A DNA stretch of 20,000 bases from Catajapyx aquilonaris (taxonomy: Eukaryota). Positions 12,748 to 20,000 of the stretch are shown piece after piece. The notes under the pieces are model-generated. The model was not told where the DNA came from, searched no databases, and saw only the letters and a list, made by a program, of their open reading frames with translations. How positions within the stretch are numbered: position 1 is the first letter of the stretch; each line of letters begins with the position of its first letter. The position numbers and the translations under genes are program-made. The stretch lies in assembly GCA_000934665.2 (NCBI GenBank), contig KZ538075.1, positions 111,751 to 131,750 of the forward strand, in the 5' to 3' direction.

Positions 12748-12836
12748 AGGTCAAAGGGTAGCAACCGGCCACCAGGGGAGGGTATAGAGGGGGAAAACCC
12801 ACGCTCTGCTGACCTCTCGACGGGTCACTCTGACCC
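12748..12836. promoter_or_regulatory. Composite nuclear-receptor response element candidate (ER6 + perfect IR3, with an upstream DR1-like site)
   Basis: TGACCT(12810-15)-N6-GGGTCA(12822-27)-ctc-TGACCC(12831-36), plus AGGTCA-a-AGGGTA at 12748-12760. Confidence 0.3.
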
Positions 12837-13040
12837 CGAACCAACTCACCAGACCCTTTTCCAGGACATAACGTCCCGTGAGACTGCATAAAATAGTCGG
12901 GAGGCAGGGTGGCTGCCCCTTTTTGTATGAATTTTACTGCCGGTTTGAAATATTTATCTCCCCCAGGTTTTGTCATTGGGCTCGATCTAAAATCCGACAA
13001 AACTTGCAGCATACTGGTTTTTAACCCTCAGGATAGACGT

Positions 13041-13061
13041 TTTTCGACTCAGAGTCGAAAA
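13041..13061. repeat. Perfect 21-bp palindrome
   Basis: ttttcgactc-a-gagtcgaaaa (10-bp arms, 1-nt spacer). Confidence 0.9.
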
Positions 13062-13799
13062 TAGTATATAATTCGGGGGTCCTGGTCTTACAAGGCATGG
13101 TTTCCAAATGGAGAACCCCTTTCATTTCTATTTTTTTTTTTTTTCAGGGGGGGTATTCCCTAACCATTTCCATTCTGGAAGGTCCCAACCACACTCGGCT
13201 CCTGGAATTCACCCGCCTTCTTCCCGGGAGGGGAAGAAAAAAAATCCGACAGCTGTAACAAAATACACGAAAGCCTAAGGGTGGTGGGGGGTGTTTTAGA
13301 GAAAAAAAAGGACGAAGAGGGGGCTATTTCTGTTCCTCTGGCGGCCTTCCAGTGGTGAGGAAAGAGGCAGAGGGTTTTTTGGACACAGAGACCATCTTTG
13401 GCCTGTAACGGCTTCCAGGAGATTGTCCATGGTTCAAAAGCCTCTGAGCCAATGATGCGGATGAATCATTTTCAAAATGGACTGGTCAATGCCAGGTGCT
13501 GGTTTTTCTTTTTGGAACCGACTGTACTTTTTTATATATAAAAGGCGCGTACTAAAGAGATCAGAAGCCGACTACCGTATAATTGGTCCATTCTTCACAC
13601 ATGTCGTTCCATTATACGTGCTTGCGTAAGATGGTATCAGTGCATCGTATGCTTGTTTATCATGGGAATCATCACCACCTCTGAGGATGGGATGCGAACC
13701 CGGATATTTTCGGTGTGAACAATTTTTTTCCAGACTTCCCGATAGTGGAACCGGGAACTACTGCCCACTAGTTTTCTCCCAATTGAGCAAAAAGGCAGC

Positions 13800-14420
13800 C
13801 GCTAATTAATAATAACCGTGCAACACAAAAAAAGCGTGGAAATTCTATGACCGGAAGCATTCATGGATTAACTGGACACTGGTGATGGCCCTTTTTTTTT
13901 TTCATGACCTGCATCAAGATCTGTGCGTGAGAAATCCGCCGCCTAATGGCGGTGTTTCCCAACTTCATTTTTTTTGCACCTTTTTCCCGTCATCATTTCC
14001 TTGCATCAGGTCAGTTTAGTTTCAAGGTTGAGGACCGCGGTACATACACACACAAAAAATGGCTGATCCGGATTTTTGTTCGAGGGTCACCGGTTGTGTA
14101 ATCTTTTCGCATGGTGTTGGCAAAAGGTGTGAGAAGAACCAGACGTGACGTGGCCACATATGTGAGTGATTAGGGGAGTTAATTAGCGCTCGACAGGTTG
14201 GTCCCGATTGCCTGCCATCTGGGATAGTTTCGACACTAAGGTTAGCCGGATTAATTAGCGGTGGGGTTAAATGTGTGGCCAGCGTTCGGAAAATTTTCGT
14301 GACAAGCGGCGGTTTTTTTTGGGCGCGTGTAAAAACCGCATCTTCATCACTATTAAGCGGGGGAACTGCGACATGTGAGTCATACCGTACATACCCACCG
14401 GGTAATTAATCCATTACAAG
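13800..14420. promoter_or_regulatory. Enhancer-like motif cluster (homeodomain, CSL/Su(H), T-box, E-box)
   Basis: TAATTA at 13803, 14180, 14252 and 14403; YGTGAGAA at 13926 and 14128; AGGTGTGA at 14125; CATATG at 14157. Confidence 0.25.
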
Positions 14421-16230
14421 TCATTTGGTCGCAGTTGCGCTGGGAACCTGCCATCCGACATGTTTCAAAAAAAAGAGAGAGAGAGATATTAGTATAATTT
14501 ATGTGAACCTTAAAATCCAGTTTTATGTCTGCCCAGGTGTAGTTTGCTGTTGAGAGAAGACTTATAGCGGTGTCGGGTTTACTGCGCAACTTCTTGCACC
14601 TCGCAAGTTCATTTTGGCGATTATTTTATTGGCAGACGAGTTAGTATGCTATTCATTAGGCCCACCGGTTTCCTTTATGCATTGTCGGCCAACATGAATT
14701 TGGGCATGTCGGAACGTCAAACCCAATTGGGTTTATTGGGAAGTGGCTGATGGATGGCATCTGTGGACAGGTGCTGGAGTTCTTTTTTATATATATACCG
14801 ATGAGCGACTCTTACTCGGTTGGATAAGCTTGGTCGGTCAGCAAGTCCCTTCTTGTCGTCATCCTCATCATCTCTTCGCCCCAATGGAGCCCATCACGTG
14901 GTGGTCACCCACTTGGAAATCGGAAATCCACCCCTGGATTGCACGCCTTGACGCACCTAGGTGCTAGGAGGTGAAAGGACTTTGGGCTCGATTGGACATC
15001 GATCAGGCCGTGGTCTAATAAGCGTTTTCCGGCTGAGACAATACAGGCATGCCGAGTGTGAGTCATGTGTGCAGGGAGCATATGTGGATTCCGGGCTTCC
15101 AAGGGAGGAAGAGAACACGTGGAAGTCATAATCGGAGGGTCTCTCTTCCAAGATTAGCCCAACAGAGAGCAGTTTTTTTTAACGTGTTGTCTGCTGCTGT
15201 CGCCTATAGGGCAAGTTTCATGTCGAAAAGTCTGCGTGTCTGGAGGGAATCAATTCGGATCCTGCAACCTACCCACCCACCCACCAAACAACAAACTCCC
15301 CACCTTGTTTTAATGGCCGGTCCCCTGGCCAGCCTTGGGTGTGGTCACTCCGGCGTCAGGGTCACTGGCGAGGGGGATCCGGAGGGAGGGGCTATTTTTT
15401 GGAGAGTAAAAAGAGTTGGGGGTGTTTTAGACTGCTGGCCCCATCAGCTCCATTACATCACATGGCGTTGGAAATCCAGCTTGGAGGAAGGGGTGTTCCC
15501 CCCCCCCCCCTCTCTTCCTTCCAGAGAACGATTTACGGCGGACAGGTATTGGGGAATAAATTTGGCTTCCGGACGGCTAGCCTCCATTTTATGGTCAAGG
15601 AAAAAGTCCGGGACGGGCTAGAGTTATTCTTACGGGCAGTTGTCTAGGACTTTTTGCAATTTATTTATTGAGATAGGGCAAACACAGGGCGGGCAGAAAA
15701 AAAAAGTGGTTGGGTCAGTGTGTTTATCTGCTAATGTGCGAGTGATTCATTAATTCGTGTCGACACTAGGAAGAATTGCACAACTAAATACAAAACATTG
15801 CTCCTGTTCCTTCCCCAGGCTTCATTGCCATGCTAAACAGAGTGAAGCAGGGAGCGCGGAAATGGCCGTGGGTGTGTGTGGGGGGTCGTTAAGAACCATC
15901 TCCACGACCTATATGATTAGAATGCAACCTGAGATTTGAGGAGGGGGGGGGGGGGNATGAAGGGGTTGAGAGAGCCGGAGGGTTGACCTGGGATATGCAA
16001 GCAAGTGTGTAATGGCTTACTTTGCGGAGGAAGAGGGTGGGCTGGCTGGCAGGGGTGGAAATAGGCGCGTGCAAATGGGGAGTTGGCCTGTGCGGTCGCC
16101 TGCTACCTGCTGTGTGGTTAGTTATTCGCGGGGGAAGGGTAATTTCACTAGATCACGCATCGGCGCCCGCCTGGTACAGTTGCTCGCGTATGAAACGTGA
16201 TGGGGAAGTGCTACTGTAGGTTACTGGGAC

Positions 16231-16291
16231 TGACGCCATTCATTTCGTCATTGGAGTGACGTCATAGAGGTGATCCGGCAGGTGACGTCAC
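16231..16291. promoter_or_regulatory. Cluster of CRE (CREB/ATF bZIP) motifs
   Basis: Perfect TGACGTCA at 16257-16264 and 16283-16290, variant TGACGCCA at 16231-16238, and half-site CGTCA at 16246-16250. Function is inferred only. Confidence 0.4.
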
Positions 16292-16530
16292 GACCATTCG
16301 CCACACTTCTTGTGGTCCATAGCTGCTGCTGTTGCCTGTATAGGGGAGGTTGTACCCTCAACCCTGGCCATGAAGTGGCAAGGCGAGGTCGTAATGAATG
16401 GGCAGCTTTTTGTCCTCGCGTGCGGAGCATTCGTCATGTCAAGAGCCCCATTTCAGCTGCACGATCTCTTTACAGTGATACATTGGCAGCCTTTGCGGAT
16501 TAAGGCGCCTCTATGGGCGCCAGTTCCATC

Positions 16531-16579
16531 CTCTCTCTCCTTCTCTCTCTCTTCTCTTGGCTTCCAAGGAGAGAGAGAG
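16531..16579. repeat. (CT)n/(GA)n inverted low-complexity repeat
   Basis: ctctctctcctt (16531-16542) is the reverse complement of aaggagagagag (16566-16577). Confidence 0.75.
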
Positions 16580-18959
16580 TGTGTGTCTTGTGCTTTTCCT
16601 TCCCCCAACTACCTATCAAATGAAGGTGTTATCTGTTAGAACCGATGCCGAGAGGGTGCTAAAATGAACTGTTCGTATTGGCGCATCCTGCTAGAGGGCT
16701 CTATTTAGATAGTTCCTTTCAGGCTGGATTAGGTTGCGGAGGATTGGCGCCGTCCATATAGATCATTGTCAGCAGCGTTTATCGCCGTGGCTACGTCCAT
16801 TCGCGTATTGTTTACGACGCTCAAAGGTGACGAGCAGCAAAATTGTCCTAATTAACTATGAGAGCGGGCCATAATTCAGAATCGATAACGAGTCCATCTA
16901 TGTGTATAGTGGCCAGACTTGAACCAAAGAGTGGAGGCTGAGCATTGGTCAAAAGTGGAAAATATGAGCTGTATAAAGCAGACAGGTCCCTCTCTCCCAT
17001 CAGGAGGCCCAAATTATCTGTGCGATTGTATCAAAGCCCAGACGTGATTTAACCCGCAGAGAAGTGGATGGCCCCCCTGAACCCTTTTGGGCTGGGGAGG
17101 GCGTTGGCCATGGCCCCGACGGTCCGTCCGGCAGCCCCCAACACTTGAAAGTCGCCCTTTGCAGTAGTTCATTATCGCCTCTTGCGGAGGCTGTCCGAGG
17201 TGATGGATGATACTCCCACTCGGAGAGAGAGAGAGACTAATAGGCGTGCAATATGCCCAAATAGCCACCATTCAAAGACCGGACAGGATTTTACAACCTG
17301 CAAGCAGTTTTGAGGATAATACTATTTAGAGATGGCTCCAACCCACCTGAGTCGCGAACAATGGTGGAGGACCCAGGGTGTATGCCCTTCCTTACCCTTG
17401 ACCTCTGACGGGATTGCTTCTCACCTTTCCGCCTGGTTTTTTGCGCACATGGCATATGCCACACATCGACAGTGGACTTTTTAGTCGGTGTCCAGTATGC
17501 AAATCGACTGACACGCCATTAAGCTCAATACAGCCCTCTTTGATATGGTTTGAGTGGTGGCAGCGATGGAAAAGTTGGCCCCAGGGAGACACGCTCCAAT
17601 GATTAAGACGCCATCTTTGACTCCGCCACAAGGTCAGTGACAGGCGCCACCTTGCCAATTAAGGTAGGCGGAAAGAGGGCAAGGGAGAGGACAGTAACCG
17701 GGGGGGTGGTTCTCAGGATGGTCGAAATTCTTCAGCATCTTATGTTTATAGCCATGAAGGAGGGCAGATAATTAGAAGATGGTGGCCTGGGGTCATGGCG
17801 CGTGATTAGAGGCGCCGGGGAAGAGCCAAAAATCGGCCTAAGTGAATGGGTAACTATTAACTTTCCTCAGCCCATTAGTTCCGGTGGCGGAGGCCAAATA
17901 AATCGTGACTCTTCCCTGCCACTGTTCTTATCATTCGAGTCTGGACAGTAGCGGTAGAGTGACGTGGAAAGTTGGCAAAACCTGTTGGTTGACCACTCCA
18001 GGGATCATCGATGACCGTGGGGTCAAATATGTGAGAGTTGGGATATGAGGCGGATGAAAAAATATGCATAACTGAGTCTCGTTTCATCAACATCTCAAGT
18101 ACGGTGTTCGTGACTTCTATAGAATGAGGTGGGCAGGTGAAGAAAAGGGGGGTGAGATGGAGGGGGAGGAGAATTTAAAAAGAAAAAAAAAAAACCGAAA
18201 AGGTAACGGAGAGAAGCCTGATTCCCACAGCCTCCACTTTCTTTCGGAGGAAAGCTTTGCCCCGGACCCCACCTTTAAATCCTATATGACGACCGGTCAT
18301 TTGGCAAGTTCCGAGTCTAGAATGCGGTTTGGGATGAGGTGATAGCAACTGTTCTAGCCATTTTCCCCTCCCGAACTTTTTTTGCTGACAGGTAAAAAAA
18401 ATAACCGCATGTAATATTCGACCTTTGCCAGTTTTTAAAGTTGAACTACCCCAGGCGGTAGATTTTGCCGACTTTGTTAGTAATGAGTTCGCTTGACCAG
18501 ATACATTGCTTTGCCCCCGTGCGTCAGAGCCGGCATTAAAAATTACCCGGAAGCCAGCCCCAGGAAAGTAAGGGGGGGGGGGGGGGTGCGTTATCCGCGC
18601 AAAAGTTGGTAGGGCTAAGTGTTAATGCGAAAGGGAAATGTACATCTGGAAGGCATAGAAAGCAGAAGTACATAAATCTATCAAGTGTCGAGAACGAAAA
18701 AAAAAAGCGAACACTCACCCGGTTTGAAAGACGACGCAACTGCAAACCATAAACCAGTCAGGAAAGGTCACCTTCGACCTGGTAGGTCAGTGTCGCGACG
18801 GATGCGGGTGATATCCGTATCCGAAAGATATGACAGTTGTCTCAACCTCGACCTAGCAAGAAAGCTTTTTCCCGCGCTCGAAGTCCATCAACCTATGCAG
18901 TTATGTTTTGCAGCTGGCAAAGAGGTCATGGGGAATGGTGGGAAACGAGAGTGACCACG

Positions 18960-18977
18960 GAAGAAGAAGAAGAAGAA
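18960..18977 (+). repeat. (GAA)6 microsatellite
   Basis: Direct reading. Confidence 0.9.
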
Positions 18978-20000
18978 GGGAAAACGGAGGTCAGCTCTGT
19001 TAGTTCTGCAGCAGCAGGAGAAGACTCTTCTGGGGGGCTGTGGAATGCAGGGTGGTCGAGGGGTTGCTAATAAATCCAGACTCAGGTGACGTTAAGAGTT
19101 AGCACTTGGGTGTCTGGAATTGGAGGCACTAAGGCCTTTGGGCGTAGCCTAAGCCATGTCCTTTTCTTTGCCTGCCTGTTTATAGTTTCTTCAATGGCCA
19201 GCTTTTTGTATGTCGCAGCCATCAAATATATATATTTTTTACCAACTCTATTTTTGGTTTTGTACGATTATAACACGGCTGTACAGAGCCGGTTGGTAGT
19301 ATAATTTGAACTGGCCTACGGTTCGCACGAGTTCAGGTCGATCCTGATTTTTGTAGTGTCCCTCGTGGTGCTCTCATTGCAGAGGGGGAAAAAAAAAACT
19401 CGTTTGATGAGAACAAGCCAGTCGGTTCGTGATAGAAAACGCATGTCTTCAGGGAGGAAAAATGCGTGATAAAAACATTGGCACGCGAATAATACAGGGC
19501 GTGCAGATCATCATATCGGCGCAAGTTTGAACCATCCGAGTATAAATAACCGGGACATATATTTCCGGATACAGCTAGGGGCCGTGGGGGTGACGAGAAG
19601 AAAAGCAAGCTCATTGAAAGTAATGACTGTCATTAGAGTGTAATACTGTGAACCCGCCAGAGTTCGTGAGCCTTTCAAGCTGACACGGAGCGGACGCAAG
19701 AAATTGCACTCAGCGACCTCCGTCTTCTTAACAATTTTTTTTGTCTCTTGCATTGTTGCCATCATGAATCGTACCTGATGGAAGAATTAAGGGGACAGCC
19801 ATATCTGAGCACTCTGTGCAGGTGGAAAGGTCAGGGTCAGTCTGGCATTTATTTGACGCGGTTAACCTTGGTGCTGGCCAAATGAATGTGTGGATGCTGA
19901 TCAATACATGTAGGCTTCTTATTTTTAGGAGGCAGTGTATGCAAATCGGCAACACAGGATCCTCTCCCCATTCTCTACAAAAAAAAAGCAGGGGGGGGGG

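Noticed and set aside
13121..13147. Strong acceptor-like poly-T + CAG (similar ones near 4928 and 5273)
   Set aside because: Poly-T runs are ubiquitous here, and no credible coding exon with a good donor follows.
13689..13703. tRNA/SINE B-box-like GGTTCGCATCC on -; also gagttcaacccc near 2658
   Set aside because: The first lacks the conserved A and an A-box, and the second has a broken T-stem. Neither gives a cloverleaf.
6837..14133. 13-mer caaaaggtgtgag at 6837 and 14121; 12-mer tgcatgtgtcac at 5122 and 8684
   Set aside because: A few 12-13-mer matches are expected by chance in 20 kb, and the similarity does not extend.
15049..15621. Longest ORF (190 aa), and similar ORFs at 885-1406, 2043-2585 and 12458-13012
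   Set aside because: They have no recognisable domain, run through homopolymers or low-complexity tracts, and are of a length expected by chance at about 50% GC.
7439..17461. 12-bp perfect palindromes (7439-7450, 12131-12142, 17450-17461)
   Set aside because: About five are expected by chance in 20 kb.
18837..19070. ORF with EEEEEE and S/A-rich stretch
   Set aside because: Explained by the (GAA)6 and (GCA)n microsatellites.
1..20000. CRISPR array, prokaryotic operon, LTR/TIR element
   Set aside because: I saw no regularly spaced repeats, no dense coding, no long direct or inverted terminal repeats and no transposase/RT motifs.

Overview
No recognisable protein-coding gene, RNA gene, transposon ORF or CRISPR array is visible. 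All 60-190 aa ORFs look like chance ORFs. The sequence is about 50% GC, not obviously CpG-depleted, and full of homopolymer runs and short microsatellites. It reads as eukaryotic non-coding DNA, most plausibly a long intron or gene desert of an animal; the taxon is an inference. The best-supported signal is a + strand branch point + polypyrimidine tract + CAG|GTAAGT at 10838-10875. This is the textbook architecture of a recursive splice site (ratchet point). An alternative reading is the donor of a 47-codon first exon with a signal-peptide-like end. A strong + strand excess of G-runs agrees with + strand transcription. Candidate cis-regulatory clusters are three CRE-type sites spaced exactly 26 bp apart (16231-16291), a composite nuclear-receptor element (12748-12836), and a homeodomain/CSL/T-box cluster (13800-14420). 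I cannot support a claim of a new multi-gene system. All counts below were made by eye and are approximate.
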